This document shows, piece by piece, positions 9,962-19,111 of a stretch of DNA of 64,000 nt. Below the pieces are notes generated by a model. The model was not told the DNA's origin. It ran no database searches and saw only the letters and a program-made list of their open reading frames with translations. Both the position numbers and the translations under genes were made by a program. Source of the DNA: a virus (Duplodnaviria > Caudoviricetes); the IMG/VR virus record IMGVR_UViG_2706795344_000001, positions 32,001 through 96,000 of that record; one strand, given 5' to 3'. Position 1 is the first letter of the stretch, and every line of letters starts with the position of its first letter.

Positions 9962-11443
9962 ATGGACAAGATTGATTATGCAGCTCTTGCAAGATCAAGA
10001 TACACAAGCCAATTCGAGAATGACAAGGTTTATGATGCCATCATTCAAACAATAATCGAATACAAACTTAAGACTCAGGATTTGTATATCAATTTTGCTG
10101 AAACTCTTCTCGACATTGACAAATCTACAGGACGTAACTTGGACCTGATTGGCAGCATTGTTGGTCAGCCAAGAGTCCTTGTGGACTTCAGTATTGACAA
10201 GTATTTTGGTTTCTTAGGGAATCCAAGAGCTGAGCCATACGATAAGGGTCTGTGGTACTCGACCTTTAGTGCTAAGGGTGCAGACTCAAGAGTACTTTCA
10301 GACGAGGAATACAGACGTATTATTAAGGCGAGAATCATTCGAAATAAGACAAACTGTAGTCGTAGCGACTTCATGAAAATTTTGGAACTTATTTTGAATA
10401 TCGATACAACCAAGAAATATACAAACATCCTTGGTAACAGCAACTTTACAACACCATTAGTCCTTGGCAATTCAACAGCTACTGTAACTAGAGGTGTGAC
10501 AATGAGTGACACAGCTACTGCTCAGATTACGAGTACATGGGTTGCACCTAATTTGATTACAGGTGGTGAAACTGAAGTTGATGGTAGTTTAAAACCTTCT
10601 CAAACAGAATACATCTTATGGCGTAGGTCAGCTGATTTGAATGCTGCATATGCTAAAGGTCAGGTTGTAATTTCCTTTGATATCAAAGTTGGTGTTGCTG
10701 GTAATGTTACGGTCTATTCTACGAATGGTACACCTGACTATTCTTTTACTACCAATGTAAACGTTCCTGTTGCCAATGAGTATGTAAGGATGTCTGTTAC
10801 TGTCACTCCTGCAAGAGTTACAGCAAACAATACTGGTATGTCATGCCTTGAGTTCTTTGGTACATACAGTACTGGAAGATGGGTGGCAGTGAAGAATGTG
10901 GTTGTTCAACAAGCATCTCAAATAAACACAACTATGTCTATGAATACAAATGGTAAATCTACCAAAATTGTTTCAGGGAAAGCATATACATTGTTTATGA
11001 AGGTTGCTACACAGACAGCTTCAAATGCTATCAGTGTGACTTTAAAAGGCCCATCAACAGCTACACAGAACATCGTAACATCGTCGGCTGTTGCTAGTAG
11101 AGACATTAATAACCCAACATTAATTAGGGTTACTTTTAATGCCACTATTTCAAGTGATCAAGCTGACATTGCCATTCTTTCAACAGGAAAACTTGGTGAT
11201 AAGTTCTGGGTTAAGGAGTTGCAGATTACTGAAGGTACATTAGCTACCTCTCCGACAACATGGTCAGCATCTTACTATGACTCGCCTAGATATACATTGA
11301 CATCTCCTAGTCATGGAAACATTGACTTATCAGTGTTCAATTATACAGGTGATCTTGGTATTCATTTCTTGTCTAACTTTGAGAAGACTGGTGATTTAAT
11401 CCCTGTCCCAATGGGATACAAGTTAAGCGTATATATTAATTGA
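9962..11443 (+). CDS. Baseplate wedge protein (DUF2612-like) with inserted carbohydrate-binding-like domains
   Basis: N-terminal G.NLDLIG.IVGQPR...FGF...LSDEEYRRIIKARI and C-terminal LIPVPMG are DUF2612-like; a ~290 aa Thr/Ser-rich beta insert lies between them. Confidence 0.75.
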   Translation: MDKIDYAALARSRYTSQFENDKVYDAIIQTIIEYKLKTQDLYINFAETLLDIDKSTGRNLDLIGSIVGQPRVLVDFSIDKYFGFLGNPRAEPYDKGLWYSTFSAKGADSRVLSDEEYRRIIKARIIRNKTNCSRSDFMKILELILNIDTTKKYTNILGNSNFTTPLVLGNSTATVTRGVTMSDTATAQITSTWVAPNLITGGETEVDGSLKPSQTEYILWRRSADLNAAYAKGQVVISFDIKVGVAGNVTVYSTNGTPDYSFTTNVNVPVANEYVRMSVTVTPARVTANNTGMSCLEFFGTYSTGRWVAVKNVVVQQASQINTTMSMNTNGKSTKIVSGKAYTLFMKVATQTASNAISVTLKGPSTATQNIVTSSAVASRDINNPTLIRVTFNATISSDQADIAILSTGKLGDKFWVKELQITEGTLATSPTTWSASYYDSPRYTLTSPSHGNIDLSVFNYTGDLGIHFLSNFEKTGDLIPVPMGYKLSVYIN

Positions 11444-11450
11444 GGATAAT

Positions 11451-12311
11451 ATGAGACTTTTGATTTCTGCCTTCTTTAACGTTGGCACATGGGACCGTAA
11501 ATTCTTATTGAATGGTGAATTTACAGGTTGGTTTAAGGGACACCTTACCAACCAAGGTCTTGACAGATGTGGTGATAGCTACTGGTATTCTGGTACTCAC
11601 ATTGGTTCAGGAACGGCAGATATCAGCGACGGTTCGACCACTCTTGCAAATCCATTCATGTTCTTAAGCGAGGCTGTGAGTGATAACTCTACCTCATACC
11701 TTAAGGATGACTACATTGTTTGGGAAAGGGAAATTGAATACCGTGTTGATGGTAAACAAGCCCCTTCTGTCTCTGAGATTTCAGCATCTTGGGATAACGA
11801 TGTTAAAACTGCTGTAGCTGTGGCAAATCTCCCACTCAATATCAGCTTAGGCGATAATGATGATCTAGTAGTTAAGGTTAAATTGGTTGTAAGACAATCT
11901 GCTACTGAGGTTATGACAGGGACTGTTGATTTTGGTGCATCGATTCATCAATACACAATCAAACCTTGTTTCTATAAGAAATTCGATAACTACTTTATTG
12001 GCAACCCTTTATCACAAAAAGATGGTCGTGTCTATAGTGGTGATATTCCTGCTGATATCGCACTAGAGCCAGAAGGTTCAATTGATTCTAACTTAGCTAT
12101 TTATGAGAGCTACACATTCAATTCCAGAAGTAGAAAGTTCTCTAACTTCTTCACATTGAGTAGCCCAAATGCTTACACACGTACAGCAACATCACACACA
12201 ATTGGAATTCCTAGCGCATATGGTGTCGAGTTTGAACCGCCTATCGATAAGAGTTTCAACAGAGAACTTACACTGAATTATTTATTGAAATGGGAGAGAG
12301 ATAATGGCTAA
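11451..12311 (+). CDS. Baseplate/tail fibre-associated virion protein
   Basis: LTNQGLD...IGSG motif of phage fibre-attachment proteins; synteny. Confidence 0.55.
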   Translation: MRLLISAFFNVGTWDRKFLLNGEFTGWFKGHLTNQGLDRCGDSYWYSGTHIGSGTADISDGSTTLANPFMFLSEAVSDNSTSYLKDDYIVWEREIEYRVDGKQAPSVSEISASWDNDVKTAVAVANLPLNISLGDNDDLVVKVKLVVRQSATEVMTGTVDFGASIHQYTIKPCFYKKFDNYFIGNPLSQKDGRVYSGDIPADIALEPEGSIDSNLAIYESYTFNSRSRKFSNFFTLSSPNAYTRTATSHTIGIPSAYGVEFEPPIDKSFNRELTLNYLLKWERDNG

Positions 12312-13386
12312 GTCACCAAAACCAGATTTTACAAATGTATGGGCTACACAAGGTAACTTGGTTGCTCCATCACTTAACCAATTGCTTAGTGGCTGGCAAC
12401 AAAACCAGTTCCCACCATCTGGTGTAACTAACTATCAGATGAATAAAGTTGAATCTGCCATCTCTTATATCTTCCAAATGGGTATTGCAGAATGGACTCC
12501 TGAAGTTGAATATCAGGTCAACAGCTTAGCTCTCCACCCAACTAATGGTTTGGTATATCGATCTAAGACAATCAACAAATCTAAGGACCCAATGACGTCT
12601 GGCACAGATTGGGCTGTGGCATTCGACCAATTTGGAGCTTCTAACGATCTTAGAACCGAACTGACAAAGATTATGACACAAGATGGGTACATCCCATACT
12701 ACGTTAAGAAGTCTGACCCTGTAATGACTGGTGTTGCCAAAGCTCCAGCATTTAGAGCTGGTGTTGGTGCTCCAGCTGGTAATACTGGATTCCAATTTGA
12801 AAACTACAATACCACTGGTATGTACAGTCAAGGAGGTGATCTACTATTTTCTGCAAATGGAATTATTAATGGTCGAATCAAGTCTATCGCTCCTACCTTG
12901 GAGATGAATGATAACACCTTAGTAACAACTGCTTTACTTAAGAAGGTTATAGATGAAATCAAGGTTGCTACACAGCTTCCTATTGGTATGTCTATTATCT
13001 CCTCTAACAAAGCAAACCCTTCAACTTATTTAGGATATGGTACATGGATTCAAGACTTGCAAGGTAAGGCCCTTGTAGGTGTCGTGGCAAACGCTGGTAC
13101 TGATATGCCTGATTGGGTTAAGTATGTAGATAGTACATCTGGTGACAGTTACACAACTAAACTTGATATTAAAAACTTGCCATCATTCAGAGCCAACATC
13201 TTACTTAACACATGGGTTGGTGGTGACGATGCTAGTGGTGAGGGTGCTATCCTTACAGCTAACCGAGAATGGAGAACAGGTACACAAATGCCTGATAAAT
13301 CTTACGCTGACTTTAAGGGTGAAAACCTTCCATTCAGCAACGTACAGCCTTCTCAAACTAAATATATTTGGACTAGGACTGCTTAA
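12304..13386 (+). CDS. Short tail fibre / gp10-like baseplate protein
   Basis: N-terminal WA..G...GW...PP...N.....I.Y..Q.GIAEW fibre anchor; C-terminal PIG......NP..YLG.GTW and NVQPS...Y.W.RTA. Confidence 0.75.
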   Translation: MAKSPKPDFTNVWATQGNLVAPSLNQLLSGWQQNQFPPSGVTNYQMNKVESAISYIFQMGIAEWTPEVEYQVNSLALHPTNGLVYRSKTINKSKDPMTSGTDWAVAFDQFGASNDLRTELTKIMTQDGYIPYYVKKSDPVMTGVAKAPAFRAGVGAPAGNTGFQFENYNTTGMYSQGGDLLFSANGIINGRIKSIAPTLEMNDNTLVTTALLKKVIDEIKVATQLPIGMSIISSNKANPSTYLGYGTWIQDLQGKALVGVVANAGTDMPDWVKYVDSTSGDSYTTKLDIKNLPSFRANILLNTWVGGDDASGEGAILTANREWRTGTQMPDKSYADFKGENLPFSNVQPSQTKYIWTRTA

Positions 13387-13388
13387 TT

Positions 13389-13790
13389 ATGGAATTTATT
13401 ACGAGCTTCATAGCTTTTGCCAAAGGCGTTTTCCCAGCTGCTGTTGGCTCGGTAATCGCTGTTTGGAGAAAGAGAAATGAAGTGAACTTTAGAGAGATGG
13501 ATGCTTACCAAAAAGCATCTATTATTCTTGTGGCACTCTTTGCCGTTTTGGTGGGTGTATGTATTGGTAAGTGGATTGGAGGCGCAGTAGCAGTGTATTA
13601 CACCACTTCACCTTTCGTAACAACCTTAATTGAATTCGCAACAGCCCTCAATGGCCTTAAACTTGTAGACAGTTTGATAAAGAGTGTAGAAGCAGCCTTG
13701 GATGTTGTTACAAAAAACGTTCCTGTTTTAATAGGGAATATTGTTGAACTCATTTCCGATAAAATCGAAAAGATTTTCGGTAAGAAGTAA
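13389..13790 (+). CDS. Putative holin
   Basis: Two to three hydrophobic helices; located in the lysis cassette upstream of the endolysin. Confidence 0.55.
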   Translation: MEFITSFIAFAKGVFPAAVGSVIAVWRKRNEVNFREMDAYQKASIILVALFAVLVGVCIGKWIGGAVAVYYTTSPFVTTLIEFATALNGLKLVDSLIKSVEAALDVVTKNVPVLIGNIVELISDKIEKIFGKK

Positions 13791-13801
13791 AAGGTGATTA
13801 T

Positions 13802-14134
13802 ATGGTTATTACCCTTATAAAGATTATTTTTATCGTATTCTACTTTATCAATGTGGCTTGTGAGGTTTCAAACAGGTACAGGGATTGTAAGATGCACGTA
13901 GCTGTACGATATACATTCATGGTAGCTTCCGCTATTGCCTACACTAAAATCGGGGTACTTGCTACAGCCCCTTTAGTAGTTCAGATTTCGGCACTTATTA
14001 TTGTCATTTTTCTTGCTAAGTTTTTATACGATCATGTATTGAAACGTCAAATTAGAATCAAGAATTTCAGACTTAAAAAACTCTACCTTTCAGAGTCTGC
14101 ACGAAAACCTTCCCATAAACTAAACAGGAGATAA
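13802..14134 (+). CDS. Membrane protein, putative holin/antiholin
   Basis: About three TM segments and a strongly basic C-terminal tail. Confidence 0.5.
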   Translation: MVITLIKIIFIVFYFINVACEVSNRYRDCKMHVAVRYTFMVASAIAYTKIGVLATAPLVVQISALIIVIFLAKFLYDHVLKRQIRIKNFRLKKLYLSESARKPSHKLNRR

Positions 14135-14135
14135 T

Positions 14136-14507
14136 ATGGCTGCTTTAAAAGGCTATGAACGAGTTTCAATCATCGGTGACTCAGCTAAGAGCTTTGCTAC
14201 ACTGGACGAGGTGAAGGAATACATGTCTGGTGGTTCTGTAGAAGGAGTCACAAAGGAGTATGTAGATACTCAGCTTGCTACTAAAGCAAGCACAACACAG
14301 TTAGCTGCTAAGGCTGATAAAACATACGTTGACACACAGTTGGCTACTAAGGCCACAACAGCATCTGTTTCAGCTAAGGCTGATAAGACGTATGTAGATG
14401 CAGAATTGGCTAAGAAAATTGGATTGCCAGCGACAGCAAATGAAGGTGATATTCTAACTTTCACAGGAGGGAAGTGGACTGCTGTAGCTGCATCTCAACC
14501 ACTATAA
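14136..14507 (+). CDS. KADKTYVD-repeat fibre-like protein
   Basis: Repeats KEYVDTQLATK / KADKTYVDTQLATK / KADKTYVDAELAKK; C-terminal GDILTFTGGKW. Confidence 0.55.
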   Translation: MAALKGYERVSIIGDSAKSFATLDEVKEYMSGGSVEGVTKEYVDTQLATKASTTQLAAKADKTYVDTQLATKATTASVSAKADKTYVDAELAKKIGLPATANEGDILTFTGGKWTAVAASQPL

Positions 14508-14517
14508 GGAGTATTAG

Positions 14518-15132
14518 ATGAAGTTGACAAAGGGTGGTTTTGACATCCTTAGAAGTGAGTTATTTAAGTCATTTACTGAAAGTCAAGTCAATGCACTTAA
14601 TTTCTTGGTCATGAAATGTAAGGAAGCTGGCATGACCTACCCTGAGACAGCTTATGCTTTGGCTACAGTATACCACGAAACTGGTGTAGTGAAAGGTGGT
14701 AAGCTTGTAAGGACTATGCTTCCTGTAGAGGAGCAAGGTAGTGACAAATATCTATCTAAATACGATACAGGTAAATTGGCGACATCTCTAGGCAACACTC
14801 AAGCTCTTGATGGTGACGGTCAAAAGTATAAAGGTCGTGGTTATGTTCAGCTTACTGGCACACGTAACTATGCACTCTTTTCCAAACTTTTGGGTGTGGA
14901 CCTGTTAGGGGAACCAGAGCTTGCCATGGACCCAGAGATTGCTGCTAAGATCATGACATATGGAATGTTAAATGGTTCCTTTACAGGTGTTGGGTTCAGA
15001 CGTAAACGTCCTGTATCTAAATACAATAAGGCCCAATACATTGCTGCTAGGAATATTATCAACGGTTCAGATCGTGCCAATGATATTGCTGGATATGCTA
15101 TGATCTTTGAGAGAGCTTTAAGAAGTTATTAA
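14518..15132 (+). CDS. Endolysin, glycoside hydrolase family 19-like
   Basis: AYALAT.YHET, GDGQKYKGRGYVQLTG..NY and ARNIING motifs. Confidence 0.9.
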   Translation: MKLTKGGFDILRSELFKSFTESQVNALNFLVMKCKEAGMTYPETAYALATVYHETGVVKGGKLVRTMLPVEEQGSDKYLSKYDTGKLATSLGNTQALDGDGQKYKGRGYVQLTGTRNYALFSKLLGVDLLGEPELAMDPEIAAKIMTYGMLNGSFTGVGFRRKRPVSKYNKAQYIAARNIINGSDRANDIAGYAMIFERALRSY

Positions 15133-15170
15133 CAAAAAGAAAGGGAGCCTAGTGCTCCCTATTTTTATTT
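15133..15170. terminator. Bidirectional intrinsic terminator between convergent gene blocks
   Basis: GGGAGC-ctagt-GCTCCC hairpin flanked by an A-rich tract and a T tract. Confidence 0.8.
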
Positions 15171-15488
15171 CTGGTATTCAACAAACTCTTTTAAAGCATC
15201 CACAAAGAATGGTTGCATAATAAGTTGCACACACAAAGCTTCATCGAAGATTTTTCCGACATTGACATCTGTTTCAAATCCGATTTCTTCGAAATGTTGA
15301 TTGATACGTTTAGCAAAGACGTCACCATCTATATCTGGACAACACTTTTCCATGAACTCCTCAAGCTTTTCAGCGTAGACTGGGTTCTCAAATATATCCA
15401 GCAATGCCGATGGGTCACACCCCTTGAATTCATTAACACGGTCATCAATATATTGCTCAACCCGTTTATTGATCGTATCAAAGTCCAC
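15165..15488 (-). CDS. Hypothetical acidic protein
   Basis: ORF with RBS GGAGGTG, overlapping the upstream kinase gene. Confidence 0.6.
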   Translation of the reverse strand: MDFDTINKRVEQYIDDRVNEFKGCDPSALLDIFENPVYAEKLEEFMEKCCPDIDGDVFAKRINQHFEEIGFETDVNVGKIFDEALCVQLIMQPFFVDALKEFVEYQK

Positions 15489-16113
15489 TGATCACCTCCT
15501 TCATATGGTTATTAATGCTCACAGAATCGCGCAGGAGCGCTTTTAACACATTTAATGGTGAATCATAGCCAAAGCCGAGAAAGTCCCTTAAATAAGCCTC
15601 TGAGAACTCTTTATGATTATGTCGCAACAATCCTCCCCAAGCATACTGCATGGTTAAGCTCTCATCTCTACTCTGTTCTCGACCAAAGCTTTGGTATTTA
15701 ACTTCAGGGTCATGTTTGAGTACGATGTTCAATGTGTTACCTTCGCCCACCATTTCTTCATGATTTTTGTAGAAGCGATCACAATGATCATCCCAATGAG
15801 TCCAAGGCATGTCAGGTTTTACACTCTTATTGGATAGGCCATAGAACTTTCCTGTCAGTACAGGAGAATCTGTGATAACTACATCACAACCAGAATTCAA
15901 ATATAGACCAAGTAGACGTGCTTGCTCACCTGTTATTGTCCATTGGTTTACGCTATTTGTACTTAAACCATTTAGGATAGGTTCCTTAATCCACTCACGA
16001 CAGTATTCAGCATTAATACCTTTTAATTTAAGTGCGTTGGCAAGTGTAGTAGCTAATATAGTTTTTCCTGTACCTGCTGCACCAAAAATGTTTATCAATA
16101 ATGGCTTCTTCAT
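15478..16113 (-). CDS. NadR/Ttd14-like (AAA_28) P-loop kinase
   Basis: INIFGAAGTGKT Walker A, E..RE, DVVITDSP and R.QS..E motifs. Confidence 0.75.
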   Translation of the reverse strand: MKKPLLINIFGAAGTGKTILATTLANALKLKGINAEYCREWIKEPILNGLSTNSVNQWTITGEQARLLGLYLNSGCDVVITDSPVLTGKFYGLSNKSVKPDMPWTHWDDHCDRFYKNHEEMVGEGNTLNIVLKHDPEVKYQSFGREQSRDESLTMQYAWGGLLRHNHKEFSEAYLRDFLGFGYDSPLNVLKALLRDSVSINNHMKEVISGL

Positions 16114-16256
16114 TTAACCTCCTCAATAGTTGTTCGACGGCTGTCAAAATGCTCTTTCTCAGCAACTTGTTTCCAAGCGTCTGTCTCATCAACAGCTGTG
16201 ATATTATAAATGATATTGTAGTTTAAAAATGCAACGGTAAATCTGAACTTTCGCAT
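16110..16256 (-). CDS. Small hypothetical protein (48 aa, MRKFRFTVAF...)
   Basis: RBS GGAGG; ATGA overlap with the kinase start; not in the supplied ORF track. Confidence 0.6.
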   Translation of the reverse strand: MRKFRFTVAFLNYNIIYNITAVDETDAWKQVAEKEHFDSRRTTIEEVK

Positions 16257-16265
16257 AATACCTCC

Positions 16266-16291
16266 AATAAAAAGGAGGGATAAACCCTCCC
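16266..16291 (-). terminator. Intrinsic terminator
   Basis: Minus strand GGAGGG-ttta-TCCCTCC followed by TTTTT. Confidence 0.65.
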
Positions 16292-16297
16292 AATTAA

Positions 16298-16432
16298 TTA
16301 AGCTTTAAACAAACCTTGATTAACACTTTTAGCAAACGCTAAGAACATACGTTTTTCATTCTCATTTACACCAACAGGAATTTGGATTTGACGAGTGAAT
16401 TGTCCACGTTTAACGATTGATGTATTCTTCAT
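16298..16432 (-). CDS. Small hypothetical protein (44 aa, MKNTSIVKRG...)
   Basis: RBS GAGGAG within the upstream gene end; clean ORF. Confidence 0.55.
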   Translation of the reverse strand: MKNTSIVKRGQFTRQIQIPVGVNENEKRMFLAFAKSVNQGLFKA

Positions 16433-16433
16433 A

Positions 16434-16916
16434 TTACAGCTCCTCTAATGAAATACTTTTAACTCTATTAGTTGCAGTTTCAAACTCAACTGTTGCATGG
16501 TATCCAACAGCGTTAAGTATGTCAACAACTTTTTTCATTCCGATTGAATCTTCAATTAAGACTCTCACAGTTTGCCCATTTGCCTTAACAATATCATGTA
16601 AACCAAAATATTGGACATTATCACGATACCGCCAAGTATTACCATCTTTCTTGATATATTCAACACTACTTCCTTTCCCAGCCAGTTTTAAAAGTTTATC
16701 TCTCATGAAATGGTTTACCCATCGAGATAATAATGTGCTAGGCACATAGGTATTAATTTTATCAAATGTAATGTCCGTTCGACGTGACGTCTTATCATCT
16801 GATATAGAAATTGTGTAGCGCCCCCTTAAATTTTTAAATGTTCTGAATGTAAGATTAATCTTCTCTTTTTTAGGTCGAACCTCAATAATGAAATCGCTCA
16901 ACTTGTCTATCTCCAA
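16434..16916 (-). CDS. Hypothetical protein
   Basis: ORF within the minus-strand operon. Confidence 0.55.
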   Translation of the reverse strand: MEIDKLSDFIIEVRPKKEKINLTFRTFKNLRGRYTISISDDKTSRRTDITFDKINTYVPSTLLSRWVNHFMRDKLLKLAGKGSSVEYIKKDGNTWRYRDNVQYFGLHDIVKANGQTVRVLIEDSIGMKKVVDILNAVGYHATVEFETATNRVKSISLEEL

Positions 16917-16943
16917 AACTAAAACACAAATAATACATTAAAA

Positions 16944-17345
16944 CTAATCAAACGTAAAGGTTGATTTATCATGTATTGTAACTTTTAAATTAAGCTCTCT
17001 GGCATAATTAATCATATGGGTTGTCCCTTTACTCAAGTCAGTCCTAAAAGCTATGACTTCAGATACCATATAATTATGAGATTTCTTTTCAAGGAACTTA
17101 GCCATGCATTCATTTCTGAGTATCCCAGCCTTCTTACCTTGGTTATCCCAATCAGCTTCAAATAGATAACTGTATATCTCATGCTTGAGGCAGAACTCTT
17201 TAGCGAATGTATCAATACCTCTTGCACAACCAAAGATCATAATCCCTATGTCTCTTGGTTGATATGTCTCAAGAATTATCTCTTCAAATTCCTCATAGGT
17301 CCACCCTTCTCGTGAACCTGTAATCAATAAAGCTACATGCTTCAT
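16944..17345 (-). CDS. SLOG-family protein (YspA/DUF2493-like)
   Basis: ITGSR, G.ARGID, ADW...GK.AG..RN..M and SKGT.HMI motifs. Confidence 0.85.
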   Translation of the reverse strand: MKHVALLITGSREGWTYEEFEEIILETYQPRDIGIMIFGCARGIDTFAKEFCLKHEIYSYLFEADWDNQGKKAGILRNECMAKFLEKKSHNYMVSEVIAFRTDLSKGTTHMINYARELNLKVTIHDKSTFTFD

Positions 17346-17560
17346 TTTGACCTCTCTTTTAATGTGTTGTTTAATTTAAGGGCCTCCATGTATAAAGGGT
17401 CATATATAGCTCTTGCATTAACAACAGAGCAAAGTGCTCTTGCCATAGGTGCTGTCAATCTTTTAAAACCACCTTTTTCATTGAACTCATAGAATTCCCT
17501 CTCAACAGTGTGCTGGATATCCAGTGCCTGATGATATCTCTTGTAGGCATCAAAACTCAT
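17342..17560 (-). CDS. Hypothetical protein
   Basis: ORF translationally coupled to both neighbours. Confidence 0.55.
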   Translation of the reverse strand: MSFDAYKRYHQALDIQHTVEREFYEFNEKGGFKRLTAPMARALCSVVNARAIYDPLYMEALKLNNTLKERSK

Positions 17561-18225
17561 TAATACTCCTCTTTAAAATATTTGGCATCCTCTTTCATCT
17601 TACGATTACGTTCTAAAATATCAATATTAGGAATACGTTTATAGATATCAGAGAAAGAGCCTTTAGGTTGATAGTCAATATGAGGTGCATTACATTCAGC
17701 CATAGCTGCATCGATAGCTGCAAAATATTCGTCAGCATCTACATCATCTTCCTCTTCTATAGTTTCACAAGGTAAATCTTCTTTCTTACCAACTAAGTGC
17801 TTCAAAGCATCTGGTATACCTTTGATGACATTAGAACGAGGTTTTCCTTGTTTCTGAAATGAGTCTTCCATAGTTGTCTTTGGTTTAATAACCTTAGAAA
17901 CTTTCTTAGTCACTTCTTTAACAACTTTCTTTACGACATTAAGAAGCTTACAAGCTTTCTCAGTAATTGAATAGTGAGTAGTTCTAGTATGACCCATGTC
18001 ATGAGAAATAAGGATAAGTCCAAAATCAACTAACTTTTTCTTAGCTCTTTGAATTTGACTTTCAGATAATGAACCTTCGAAGTCTTCAGACAGTTGTTTA
18101 TTAGTTCGATAGACCTTAGTCACATTCTTAGTCTCAGACCAGAATTTAATGTGATTAAGTAAGAGAGCAGCTTGGATACCAACTAAGTTAGCTACTTCTG
18201 GATTGTAAGATTTAATATACGACAT
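17560..18225 (-). CDS. Winged-HTH protein resembling phage replication initiators
   Basis: A...GI.AALLL..I.FW...Y.T...L......LS..QI.RA.KKL...GLI.......T.HY; RBS GAGGTG before ATG 18225. Confidence 0.65.
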   Translation of the reverse strand: MSYIKSYNPEVANLVGIQAALLLNHIKFWSETKNVTKVYRTNKQLSEDFEGSLSESQIQRAKKKLVDFGLILISHDMGHTRTTHYSITEKACKLLNVVKKVVKEVTKKVSKVIKPKTTMEDSFQKQGKPRSNVIKGIPDALKHLVGKKEDLPCETIEEEDDVDADEYFAAIDAAMAECNAPHIDYQPKGSFSDIYKRIPNIDILERNRKMKEDAKYFKEEY

Positions 18226-18518
18226 GATAACACCTCTTCGATGTAGGCAATCATACACATCTTAAAAACCCATATCAATATTTAATTTTATTTTAAATTT
18301 AATTTTATTCTATTAATAACATTTGGCAGATACGAAGAATGCATTTTTCATAAACGATAAATGGAGATTTTGATAACGAAATATGCATATTGCATTATCG
18401 AAATATGGGAGGGAAATAAAAAAGATTGAAAAACTACTGGACAATACATATATAGTAGTATAGTATGAATATATAAATAGACTGGAATTAATTTGATTAT
18501 AAATAATTGTACATAGTT

Positions 18519-18546
18519 ATAGTACCATAAAAATCCATTTTGTCAA
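18519..18546 (-). promoter_or_regulatory. Sigma70-type promoter, leftward
   Basis: TTGACA-16-TACTAT with a TG extension on the minus strand. Confidence 0.6.
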
Positions 18547-18582
18547 GTTCTTTGTTGTTACAGAAATGTAAACAATGAGGTC

Positions 18583-18610
18583 TTGACTATTGTCGTTTTT
18601 ACTGTATAAT
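18583..18610 (+). promoter_or_regulatory. Sigma70-type promoter, rightward (replication genes)
   Basis: TTGACT-16-TATAAT upstream of the dCMP deaminase RBS. Confidence 0.65.
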
Positions 18611-18640
18611 AGTGCGTGAAGATCAATATAGGAGGATAAG

Positions 18641-19111
18641 ATGTCGTGGAATAATCTATCTGATAGATGGAAGGATTACTTTATTAAGGAGCTACATTTA
18701 ATTGCATCAATGTCAAGAGATGTGGATACAAAGGTTGGGGCGATTATTATTGATACAGAGAATAAAGTTGTCATAGCTAAAGGCTACAACGATTTACCAA
18801 GAGGTGTCTATCATCACATTGCTAGAAACTCTAGGCCACTTAAATATAAATACACAACACATGCTGAAATGAATGCACTCTTCAATGCCTTATATCAAGG
18901 TGCTAGTGTTAAGGGTGCAACAATGTTGTGTACGTTATTCTCATGTTCTACATGTTGTGGTGGTGTGATTCAGAGTGGTATCAAAGAGTTTGTTTGCCCT
19001 GAACCTGATTGGGAGTACCCATCTTTAAAAGAAGATTTCCCTGTAACAAGTCAGATGTATGATGAAGCACTTGTACATGTAATATTTGAGGAGAAGTTAT
19101 CGAATGTCTAA
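18641..19111 (+). CDS. dCMP deaminase
   Basis: TKVGA, GYN, HAEMNA and CSTC zinc motifs. Confidence 0.9.
   Translation: MSWNNLSDRWKDYFIKELHLIASMSRDVDTKVGAIIIDTENKVVIAKGYNDLPRGVYHHIARNSRPLKYKYTTHAEMNALFNALYQGASVKGATMLCTLFSCSTCCGGVIQSGIKEFVCPEPDWEYPSLKEDFPVTSQMYDEALVHVIFEEKLSNV

Noticed and set aside
182-14464. Many minus-strand ORFs in the tail module (for example 182-565, 3989-4432, 9487-9927)
   Set aside because: Antisense shadows of well-supported plus-strand genes, with no RBS or motifs.
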